A DNA stretch of 64,000 bases. Source: a virus. The stretch spans positions 32,001 through 96,000 of IMG/VR virus record IMGVR_UViG_3300042868_005761. The stretch is one strand, 5' to 3'. Positions 27,200-35,527 of this stretch are shown piece after piece (the first letter of the stretch is position 1; each line of letters starts with the position of its first letter). The translations under genes were made by a program, and so were the position numbers. The notes beneath the pieces are model-generated. The model ran no database searches, was not told the DNA's origin, and was given only the letters and a program-made list of their open reading frames with translations.

Positions 27200-29128
27200 A
27201 TGCCAGATATTGATAATTTTACAAAAGATATAGTGACACCTTGGAGCACTGTAGGCTATCTAACTTACAAGAGAACCTATGCTAGAAGGCTTACTGAAAC
27301 TGATCTTAATGGCCCAACAGAGGAATGGACTGACACCGTAGATCGTGTCCTTAATGCTAGTGATAAGCAGCTTAAGGTGGGTTTTACGGCCTATGAGAAA
27401 GCTAGGCTTAGGACTTATATGCTTGAACTTAAGGGTACCGTTGCTGGCCGCTTTCTGTGGCAGCTAGGCACTAGAACTGTTAAGGACCTAGGTCTTCCTA
27501 GCTTACAGAACTGTGCCTTTACTGTCGTCGACGGACCTGTTCGTCCATTCACTTGGACAATGGATATGCTTATGCTTGGTTGTGGCGTTGGCTACAATAT
27601 TCAGCGTGAGCACATTAATAAACTTCCTAAAGTTCGTAAGAACTTTAAAAGCCCAACAAGAAGAGACCAGGGAGACTCTGACTTCATTGTGTCTGACACA
27701 AGAGAAGGTTGGGTTGCACTATTAGCTAAGACTCTTAAGGCTGCATTCCTCGCAGACAAGAAGAATACATTTACATTTAGCACTCAGCTAATCCGTGGTA
27801 AGGGCGCGCCAATCAAAGGCTTTGGTGGTGTAGCTAGCGGTCCTGAGATTTTATGTGAAGGTATAGCTAATATTGGTAAGGTTTTAGAGAAGCGCGCTGG
27901 TAAGCAATTACGCAGTGTTGATTGTCTAGATATCATGAACATTATTGGCAGCATTGTAGTTGCTGGTAACGTACGACGTAGCGCGCAGATTGCCATTGGC
28001 GACTGTGACGACATCGAGTTCTTACTTGCTAAACGTTGGGATTTGGGCACCATTCCCAGCTGGCGTGCAATGTCTAATAACAGTGTTGCTTGCGATGACA
28101 TCAATGATCTTCCAGATATGTTTTGGGATGGATATGAAGGCAAGGGAGAGCCTTATGGTCTAATCAACCTTAAGCTTTCACGCGCTATGGGCCGCCTTGG
28201 TGAAACAGAGTATCCTGATCCTGCTGTCATGGGTTACAACCCTTGTGCAGAACAGAGCCTTGCTAACTTTGAGACTTGCTGTCTTGCAGAAGTATTCCTT
28301 CCGAATATAACAAGTGCCGCTGAATTGGCTGATGTATGTAAACTACTTTACCGTATTAACAAGCATAGCTTGGCTTTACATTGTCATCACTCAGAGACAG
28401 AAGAGATTGTTAATAAGCATATGCGTATGGGTATTGGTATCACTGGATATCTTCAAGCTACAGATGAACAAAAGTCTTGGCTCAGGGATGCTTATGGCGA
28501 GCTTCGGGCTTACGATGTTGAGTATAGCGCTGCAAAGGGATTCCCTGTTAGCGTTAAACTTACTACCGTAAAGCCTAGCGGTACACTTAGTTTGCTTCCT
28601 GGTGTTACACCAGGTGCACATCCTGCTTATGCTAGACATCTTATTCGTCGTATTCGTATTGCTGCTAATCATCCATTGATTGAAGTAGTGCGTTCACACA
28701 ATTATAAGATTGAGTATCAGGAAAACTTTGACGGTAGCCTCGACTATTCAACTATGGTAGCTGAGTTTCCATTCTCTTACCCAGAAGGTACACTTCTAGC
28801 TAGGGACATGACAGCTCTTGATCAGCTTGCAGTTGTTAAAAGACTACAGGAAGACTGGTCAGACAACAGTGTATCTTGCACTATCTACTATAGGAAAGAA
28901 GAACTTGATCAGGTTAAAGAATATCTTCGTGAGAACTATACTTTAAATCATAAGAGTCTTTCATTCTTATTACATTCTGAGCATGGTTTTAAGCAAGCCC
29001 CTCTTGAAGAAATCACAGAAGATGTCTATAATGAACTGGTTAGAACAACTAAGCTAATCGATGGTATTTCATTTGACGCGAGTGTTGACTCTAGCGATTG
29101 CGAAGGTGGATTCTGTCCTGTCAAGTAG
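27200..29128 (+). CDS. nrdJ: Class II (B12-dependent) ribonucleotide reductase, monomeric RTPR type
   Basis: TYKRTYAR, AGRFLW, LQNCAF, GNVRRSA, NPCAEQSL, TVKPSGT; C-terminal DCEGGFCPVK. Confidence 0.95.
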   Translation: MPDIDNFTKDIVTPWSTVGYLTYKRTYARRLTETDLNGPTEEWTDTVDRVLNASDKQLKVGFTAYEKARLRTYMLELKGTVAGRFLWQLGTRTVKDLGLPSLQNCAFTVVDGPVRPFTWTMDMLMLGCGVGYNIQREHINKLPKVRKNFKSPTRRDQGDSDFIVSDTREGWVALLAKTLKAAFLADKKNTFTFSTQLIRGKGAPIKGFGGVASGPEILCEGIANIGKVLEKRAGKQLRSVDCLDIMNIIGSIVVAGNVRRSAQIAIGDCDDIEFLLAKRWDLGTIPSWRAMSNNSVACDDINDLPDMFWDGYEGKGEPYGLINLKLSRAMGRLGETEYPDPAVMGYNPCAEQSLANFETCCLAEVFLPNITSAAELADVCKLLYRINKHSLALHCHHSETEEIVNKHMRMGIGITGYLQATDEQKSWLRDAYGELRAYDVEYSAAKGFPVSVKLTTVKPSGTLSLLPGVTPGAHPAYARHLIRRIRIAANHPLIEVVRSHNYKIEYQENFDGSLDYSTMVAEFPFSYPEGTLLARDMTALDQLAVVKRLQEDWSDNSVSCTIYYRKEELDQVKEYLRENYTLNHKSLSFLLHSEHGFKQAPLEEITEDVYNELVRTTKLIDGISFDASVDSSDCEGGFCPVK

Positions 29129-29135
29129 GGAACAC

Positions 29136-29333
29136 ATGTCAAACATTAAACTAGATGAAAAAATTCCAGATCCGCAGAGTTTTTTGCGCATCTTGAAAGA
29201 TGTTTTCTCTTTAGACTTAGAAGATGATCTTCAAAATAATCTAAAGGAATTTATGCAAGGAAACAGATCTATTGATCTTAACGGGCGTAAATATACTAAG
29301 CAGGATTTAAGAGATCTATTTTATACTGAATAG
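29136..29333 (+). CDS. Small hypothetical protein
   Basis: ATG 29136 shortly after the nrdJ stop. Confidence 0.55.
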   Translation: MSNIKLDEKIPDPQSFLRILKDVFSLDLEDDLQNNLKEFMQGNRSIDLNGRKYTKQDLRDLFYTE

Positions 29334-29349
29334 CAATACAACTTTCCTA

Positions 29350-29380
29350 TTGTTATAGATTTTTATTTTATTTAAAATAA
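29350..29380 (+). promoter_or_regulatory. Sigma70-like promoter for recA
   Basis: TTGTTA(29350)-17 nt-TAAAAT(29373); the -10 lies inside the inverted repeat TTATTTTA-TT-TAAAATAA. Confidence 0.5.
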
Positions 29381-29394
29381 TCATAAGGTGATAT

Positions 29395-30513
29395 ATGAGT
29401 TTAGAAGAAACAGAATGGGAAACAGAAGAAGAATCTTCTTTTGCTACGCCGGGAGCTGTAACCTGGAATCCTAAAACTTTTAATGCTTTTAAGATAAGCA
29501 AGATTAAGCAATATGGCGAAGAACTTGTTCTTGTCACTGGCAAGGACAGCTTACCTACATTCAGCTTTGTTCCGACAAGTGATCCTTGTCTGGATAGTTT
29601 GCTTGGTGGATTTGGTGAGAATGCAGGATGGCCTCGTGGCACCTTTATTGAGATTGCGGGTGAGGAGTCGTCTGGTAAGACTACTCTGATGTACGAAGCA
29701 TTAGCTAGCTTTGCTAAGGCTTTTCCAGAACGTGGTATTGCATTTATCGACATGGAAGGTAACTTCGATGCCGAGTATGCACGTCACCTTGGAGTACCTG
29801 TGGACGACGAAAGATTTGTCTATAGTCTTCCTCAGAATGGCAAGCAAGCTCTTACCCTTCTAGACCAACTGATTCGTAGTGGTATGTTTTCATGCATTGG
29901 ATTAGATAGCTGGGCTGCTCTTAGTCCTCCTGCGTCTGCAGATAATAATGCAGAGGCTGGTGACGGCGCAATTGGCTGGCATGCTTTGCTTAGCTCTAAG
30001 GTGCTTGGCAGGCTTGCTACTTCATACAAGACCTATGACTGTACTTTAATTACGAGTAACCAGATGAGAGTTAATATTACTCCAATGGGCGCTCGCGGTA
30101 CTATCACTACAGGTGGCCGGGCTATTCGCTACTATGCTAGACTTCGTCTTAAGATTCTTCCTATCCCTGGTGATGGCAAAGAGAATCTCAGAAAGGTCCA
30201 GATTGTTAAGGCGCAGGGTGCGGCTCGTGCAGAGGACGAGGTAGAGATTAGTATTAAGTGGGGTATCGGTCTTGACCGAGTTGACTCGCTTATTACTATG
30301 GGTCTAGCTCAGAAGCATATCGTTGCTGCTGGTGCCTGGCTACAGGTTCCTGCTATTGCTCTTAAGGTTCAAGGCAGGAATAATCTTGCAGAACTACTTA
30401 GAAGTGATGGAGCTGCAAGAGCTTCTCTTTGTGATCTACTTGGAGTTAACCACTTTGAAGCTCGTTATCCGCTAACACGTAAGCGCAAAATCGCATACGA
30501 AACCAAGGACTAG
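29395..30513 (+). CDS. recA: RecA/UvsX recombinase
   Basis: GWPRG, EIAGEESSGKTT, FIDME, LDSWAAL, NQMR, TTGGRAIRYYA. Confidence 0.93.
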   Translation: MSLEETEWETEEESSFATPGAVTWNPKTFNAFKISKIKQYGEELVLVTGKDSLPTFSFVPTSDPCLDSLLGGFGENAGWPRGTFIEIAGEESSGKTTLMYEALASFAKAFPERGIAFIDMEGNFDAEYARHLGVPVDDERFVYSLPQNGKQALTLLDQLIRSGMFSCIGLDSWAALSPPASADNNAEAGDGAIGWHALLSSKVLGRLATSYKTYDCTLITSNQMRVNITPMGARGTITTGGRAIRYYARLRLKILPIPGDGKENLRKVQIVKAQGAARAEDEVEISIKWGIGLDRVDSLITMGLAQKHIVAAGAWLQVPAIALKVQGRNNLAELLRSDGAARASLCDLLGVNHFEARYPLTRKRKIAYETKD

Positions 30514-30514
30514 A

Positions 30515-31618
30515 ATGGCGTCATTGACAATCTCCTCTAGTGAATTAGAAAAAGTCGCTAGAATAGCCCTGGACGCAGACATTCCTGTTTGCGTCTGGGG
30601 CGCTAGTGGTATTGGTAAAAGCACAATTATATCCAAGACAATAGACAATTTCTTTCGAGACCTAAAGCTTGAGACTCCTATGTTTTGTAAGAGTATCTTT
30701 GCTAAGCGTCAAGTATCTAGTGTGTTTAATCCTTCATCTTTCGATCTTAGATTAGCACATACAGATACTGCAGACTGGGGTATACCAGTTGTAGATGCTG
30801 AACGGATGGTCCATAGAAAAACAAAGCCTTCTTGGCTTCCCAACTCTGTAGACTCAGATTTCTTTGTTCTTTTTGTAGACGAATTAAATCGTGGCACGCA
30901 AGAAGGCATTAATGCAATGATGAGTATCACAGCAGAACGTCGGCTAGGTGAGTATCCTTTACCTCAGAATAGCCGCCTAATTAGTGCTTGTAATCCTCCT
31001 GTTGGCGAGTTTAATACCGATACACTAGACAAAGCTATGAAAAGCAGATGGGCTCATGTCCATTACAACTTAACAACTTCTGAATTCTTATCTCAATGCT
31101 CCGATATAATCGATCCGGCTATGTCGTATATCCTCTCTAATATGAATAATCCTATTGAGAATATACAGTCTGGTCAACTTGCAGGAGAATGGGATATCGA
31201 AAAAGAAATTAGCCCATGTCCTCGTACTATCGAGATGCTTAATCGTCTTGCTCTCTGGACTCTCTGGGCCAGAACTAATGGTATAGAGATTACTGGGGAA
31301 ACAAAGACGGCAGTCTTTGCACTTGCCAGTGGTTTAATTAAATCTAACATTGCTAATAAATGGCTTAACATTCTTCTTAACAAGGACTGGATTGCTAAAG
31401 AATCATTCTTTAACGATTCTATTCTTAATAGAATTAACTCAAAGACCATAGACTACTATGATAGTGTTCTTGTTTTCTCTGAGTATAAGAACTTAATTCC
31501 AACCTTGACAAAGGATCAACTAGCTAGCACTCAGTATATTTTGCAATATGCAAAAGAGTATCCTGAATTCTATGCTATGTTGTCTCAGACAAAATGGCAG
31601 GTCAATACCTTAGAATGA
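30515..31618 (+). CDS. Second MoxR-like AAA+ ATPase
   Basis: GASGIGKS, LFVDELNR, SACNP, AMKSRW, CPRT. Confidence 0.85.
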   Translation: MASLTISSSELEKVARIALDADIPVCVWGASGIGKSTIISKTIDNFFRDLKLETPMFCKSIFAKRQVSSVFNPSSFDLRLAHTDTADWGIPVVDAERMVHRKTKPSWLPNSVDSDFFVLFVDELNRGTQEGINAMMSITAERRLGEYPLPQNSRLISACNPPVGEFNTDTLDKAMKSRWAHVHYNLTTSEFLSQCSDIIDPAMSYILSNMNNPIENIQSGQLAGEWDIEKEISPCPRTIEMLNRLALWTLWARTNGIEITGETKTAVFALASGLIKSNIANKWLNILLNKDWIAKESFFNDSILNRINSKTIDYYDSVLVFSEYKNLIPTLTKDQLASTQYILQYAKEYPEFYAMLSQTKWQVNTLE

Positions 31619-32958
31619 GCAATATAAATAAATTAATAAAATACATTTCCGATTTATCCTTTAAATCATCTTCAAGTACTAAATCTTATGTATCTAATTA
31701 CAATTATTTATTTCGATACTTGCCATATATAAATAAGCATTATCTAAACGATACAACAGTAAAAGAACAAGGCTTTGGTGAGAAGTTCATTGCTGCTATA
31801 TCTTGGGATAAGGAGAGTAAAGAGTATTGTCTTTATCTGCATGCGGATAAGATGGCAAGTTACTCTGAGCATCAGAACGCTTTTATTATTCTTCACGAGC
31901 TAAAGCATTTTATATATGCTCATCCTGTGAAGATGTATAAGACTCCAAGACAATATCACTTATTACTTAACATTGCTCAAGACATAAAGTTAAACACCGA
32001 ACTCCTATTTGAAGATCAGTCTTACGATTGTCTACAGCCGGATTACGGGTTTACTAATGTTGTGGACGATGTCTTTTATACTGGAGTGAAAGAGTTAGGA
32101 AACATAAATCATCCTAGTCTATCTCTTCACTATCTTTCTCCATCTAGTCCTTTGTATCAGGGACTAGGAGGACTAAGAAGAAGTATTTTTAAGATAACTA
32201 CTGAGGAAATCTTTGAATGGCTTAAGCTTAATGTTACAGATGAAGACATCTTAAAAGCCGAATCAGATCTTTCTGATGATATGCTTGATGACTTTGAGCT
32301 GACAGATGAAGAGATTAAGGATAGAGAAGCTACATTAGAAAAACAGATAGCAAAAATTCCGGATATCTCCCAAGACCCATTTTTAAATGACACTAGTTTT
32401 GAGAAATATGATACTCAAAGGATTACAGTAAAAGAAACCTCTGATACTGCTTTGCGACTAATTGAACAGTTAAAAAGAGCAGGTAAGAAAAATAAATCTA
32501 ACCCTTCTTGGGCTAAGTATAACTGCGTACTTCCTGGAGTATTGCCTGGTCATGAGAAAACTACTCGCCCTCTAATTGCTTGTATTCTTGATACAAGTGG
32601 TAGCATTGACTTGTTGCTTGCTCAAAAATTTGTATCTTATATAAAGAAGTTATCAAGGCATGCAAACATACATTACCTGATGGGTGATACGGTTGTTAGA
32701 GAAGAATTAGTAAAGACAAAGAACAGAAGCTTTGCAGATAGTATTGATTGGAAAGGTGGTGGCGGAACAGATTTGAATCCTGCAATAAAAAGAATTAATC
32801 AACATAACGGTAGATACAAATATGACGCAATATTATGTTTCACTGATGGGATAATTCCAGAAATAAATAAAAGTAATATTACAAATAAATTTTATCTAGT
32901 TGTGCCGAAGGAGACAGTCAATCGTAAATTACCTAACTTGAACAAGATCTATTTGTAA
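31615..32958 (+). CDS. VWA-like domain protein with N-terminal HEXXH metallopeptidase-like domain (DUF2201-type)
   Basis: HELKH, NIAQD; MIDAS DTSGS, GGGGTD, FTDG. Confidence 0.85.
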   Translation: MSNINKLIKYISDLSFKSSSSTKSYVSNYNYLFRYLPYINKHYLNDTTVKEQGFGEKFIAAISWDKESKEYCLYLHADKMASYSEHQNAFIILHELKHFIYAHPVKMYKTPRQYHLLLNIAQDIKLNTELLFEDQSYDCLQPDYGFTNVVDDVFYTGVKELGNINHPSLSLHYLSPSSPLYQGLGGLRRSIFKITTEEIFEWLKLNVTDEDILKAESDLSDDMLDDFELTDEEIKDREATLEKQIAKIPDISQDPFLNDTSFEKYDTQRITVKETSDTALRLIEQLKRAGKKNKSNPSWAKYNCVLPGVLPGHEKTTRPLIACILDTSGSIDLLLAQKFVSYIKKLSRHANIHYLMGDTVVREELVKTKNRSFADSIDWKGGGGTDLNPAIKRINQHNGRYKYDAILCFTDGIIPEINKSNITNKFYLVVPKETVNRKLPNLNKIYL

Positions 32959-32966
32959 GGAACTCA

Positions 32967-33869
32967 ATGCAAGAGCCAAAGGAAGTATTTCATCCGTCAA
33001 TAATCGATGTGGAATATTCAGCAGATCTAGGGCCTTTATTCACGGACGACCCTGTTACTATTGATGATCTTGACTTTGATCCATGGTTTGAGATGACACC
33101 ACCACCAGTTAATAGCTATTGGTGCTTTAGACATGGAAGCTATAGTGCTCTTAAACGTTGGAATGGAGAAGCTTTAGTCAATATAAATCTACCTACAGTT
33201 AAGAAATTTGCGCCTAAGAACTTAGAGCAAAAATATTTACTGTCTGCTTTATATGATCAAAATATCCCAATGCTTACAGTTTTTGGTGGCGCTGGCTCAG
33301 GTAAAACCTATGTGACAATGGTTGCTGCCATTAATATGCTTGATGAAAAGAAATTCGAAAGAATTATTCTAACTAAGAGTAGAGCCCAAGCTACGACTGC
33401 TAGCGGTGGTAGAATTGGCGATGTTCCAGGCACGATCATAGATAAGATGAAACCTGTTTTTAGCTCTTACGAACGCGCTCTTGCAAAGATTTGGGGTAAA
33501 ACTTACCTAAAGATCTTTGAACAGAAGCTTGAAGAAGGCAAGATTGAATGCATTCCTTTGGAATATATGCGCGGTGAAGACTTTACAAATGCTTTAGTCA
33601 TTTGTGATGAAGCCCAGAACGTTGAGATCCATCAGTTTAAGACTCTAATAACTCGTTTAGGTGAGAAGAGTAAGTTAATACTTATGGCTGATACAGATCA
33701 GATTGACGAAAAAGAAAACCGTAAAGGTAAACTTTGCCCAGTCCTTCAAACAATCGGACTTGACATTTACCAAGAGAGTCCACTTACTAGCTTCGTAGAA
33801 CTTATTGAAATTGAGCGCAGTCCTTTGGCTGAGCTTGGAATACAGATCTGCAAGAAACTAGTCGCTTAA
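32967..33869 (+). CDS. phoH: PhoH-family ATPase
   Basis: GGAGSGKT, YMRG, DEAQN, TRLGE, DQID, ERS. Confidence 0.92.
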   Translation: MQEPKEVFHPSIIDVEYSADLGPLFTDDPVTIDDLDFDPWFEMTPPPVNSYWCFRHGSYSALKRWNGEALVNINLPTVKKFAPKNLEQKYLLSALYDQNIPMLTVFGGAGSGKTYVTMVAAINMLDEKKFERIILTKSRAQATTASGGRIGDVPGTIIDKMKPVFSSYERALAKIWGKTYLKIFEQKLEEGKIECIPLEYMRGEDFTNALVICDEAQNVEIHQFKTLITRLGEKSKLILMADTDQIDEKENRKGKLCPVLQTIGLDIYQESPLTSFVELIEIERSPLAELGIQICKKLVA

Positions 33870-33881
33870 TACTTTTTGCTA

Positions 33882-33935
33882 TTGCAAACCATGTGGTGAC
33901 GGGCTATACTTAGCCTTGTCACCTATTGGTGTTTG
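33882..33935 (+). promoter_or_regulatory. Sigma70-like promoter of dnaE embedded in a long inverted repeat
   Basis: TTGCAA(33882)-17 nt-TATACT(33905); hairpin GGTGACGGGCTA-TACT-TAGCCTTGTCACC. Confidence 0.6.
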
Positions 33936-33962
33936 TTCATTTTTAACATAAGAGAGAATGAT

Positions 33963-35243
33963 ATGGGAATGGTACATCTTCACGCACATAGTTATTATTC
34001 ATTGCTTGATGGCTTACAGCCAGCTGATCAAATGGGCAAGATTGTTGCGTCTAGAGGGATGAATGCAGTTGCTTTGACCGACCATGGATATATGGGTGGC
34101 ATTCCAGAGTTTGTAAAAGGTTGCCGGGCTGCTAATGTAAAGCCTATTATTGGCAATGAGACTTATCTTGCATTTAATGATGCTAAGACTAAGTCTGATT
34201 TTATGCCTGAGAACGGTGTTGCAGAGAAAGCAGTTAACAATGGTCATTTCTTATTGCTTGCTAAGAATGAAGAAGGTTATAAGAACCTAATGAAGCTTAC
34301 TAAGTATTCATATGAGGATGGCTTTTATCGTTATCCTCGCATTGACTTGGAGATGTTTAAGCAGCATGCTAAGGGCTTGATTGCTACTAGTACTTGTATC
34401 AGTAGTCAGTGCTTTAAGTACTGGCACTGGGGTGAACATGCAAAGATTGATAGATGGTGTGATGAAGTTAGAGAGGCAGTCGGCGACGACAGCTTCTTCC
34501 TTGAGCTTCAGCATAACAATGTTGAAAAGCAATATGGCTATAATCAATATCTAATTGATCTAAGTAAGCGCAAGAATATTCCCCTTGTCCTTACTGCAGA
34601 TGCACATCATCAGAACCAAGATCAGTATAAACTACGTAGCTATGTTATGTGTGTGAGTATGCATAAGACTCCAGATACAATGCCATATGAAGTCCAAGAT
34701 CACAATGCTTGGATGTATGATGCCGAATTTGCTAAGAGTTTATGCGACGATTGGCAATTGCCACACGAAGCAATTACTAATACTCAGCATGTAGCAGATC
34801 TTGTAGATGGTGACTACTTTGAAAGAGTCACTAGAGCTCCCAATCTTCAGCTTGAAGGTCTTACTCCGGAAGGCACAAGCTTAATGTTGCTTAAGAAGGC
34901 TAAGGCTGGACTTATAGCTAGACTTGGCGTAGCTACCTGGGCGGATGTTCCTAAGGCATATAAGGATAGAATTAAATACGAGTTCCAAGTCATTGACGAG
35001 GCTCGTTATAGTTCTTATTTCCTTGTCGTTCAGGACTATGTTAGTCTTGCTAAGGGTATGGGTATACCCGTTGGCCCAGCACGTGGTTCTGGTGGCGGAT
35101 CTTTGATCTCATGGTCACTTGGAATCACTGCCAAGCATCTTGATCCTGTTAAGCATGGCTTACTCTTTGAGCGCTTCCTGAATCCTGGTCGAGTAAGAAT
35201 ATCTTTAGACTTCTCAGAGGATATGAAGGAATTAAATGCTTAA
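33963..35243 (+). CDS. dnaE: DNA polymerase III alpha, N-terminal fragment (PHP domain plus start of the palm)
   Basis: HLHAHSYYSLLDG, ALTDHG, KPIIGNE, HFLLLAKN, TADAH, GPARGSGGGSL, LLFERFLNPGR, then stop 16 aa later. Confidence 0.92.
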   Translation: MGMVHLHAHSYYSLLDGLQPADQMGKIVASRGMNAVALTDHGYMGGIPEFVKGCRAANVKPIIGNETYLAFNDAKTKSDFMPENGVAEKAVNNGHFLLLAKNEEGYKNLMKLTKYSYEDGFYRYPRIDLEMFKQHAKGLIATSTCISSQCFKYWHWGEHAKIDRWCDEVREAVGDDSFFLELQHNNVEKQYGYNQYLIDLSKRKNIPLVLTADAHHQNQDQYKLRSYVMCVSMHKTPDTMPYEVQDHNAWMYDAEFAKSLCDDWQLPHEAITNTQHVADLVDGDYFERVTRAPNLQLEGLTPEGTSLMLLKKAKAGLIARLGVATWADVPKAYKDRIKYEFQVIDEARYSSYFLVVQDYVSLAKGMGIPVGPARGSGGGSLISWSLGITAKHLDPVKHGLLFERFLNPGRVRISLDFSEDMKELNA

Positions 35244-35526
35244 AAATATAAAGATAGATATGCCAGAGGTTCCTTATCGCAACACAATTGCAGAAGAATT
35301 TGTTTACAATACAGAAACTCAAAGCATAGAGTCTCTAAAGGAGTCTTTTATTCTTAAGTCTATATTTAACAAGAAGAACTTCTGGGCTATCAAGCATCCT
35401 TTTTTAATATTACTTGCTTTATTCTTTAGATACATTATGATTAATAACCAAGTATCTAATGCACATCATAAGCGTAAAGAAACTTTACACTTATTTAAAT
35501 CTATTGCCCGTCAATGCTGGAGTTAG
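35236..35526 (+). CDS. Small gene inserted between the two dnaE fragments
   Basis: GAAGGA RBS, ATG overlapping the dnaE-N stop; TAG ends 1 nt before the dnaE-C ATG; hydrophobic stretch FLILLALFF. Confidence 0.6.
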   Translation: MLKNIKIDMPEVPYRNTIAEEFVYNTETQSIESLKESFILKSIFNKKNFWAIKHPFLILLALFFRYIMINNQVSNAHHKRKETLHLFKSIARQCWS

Positions 35527-35527
35527 A

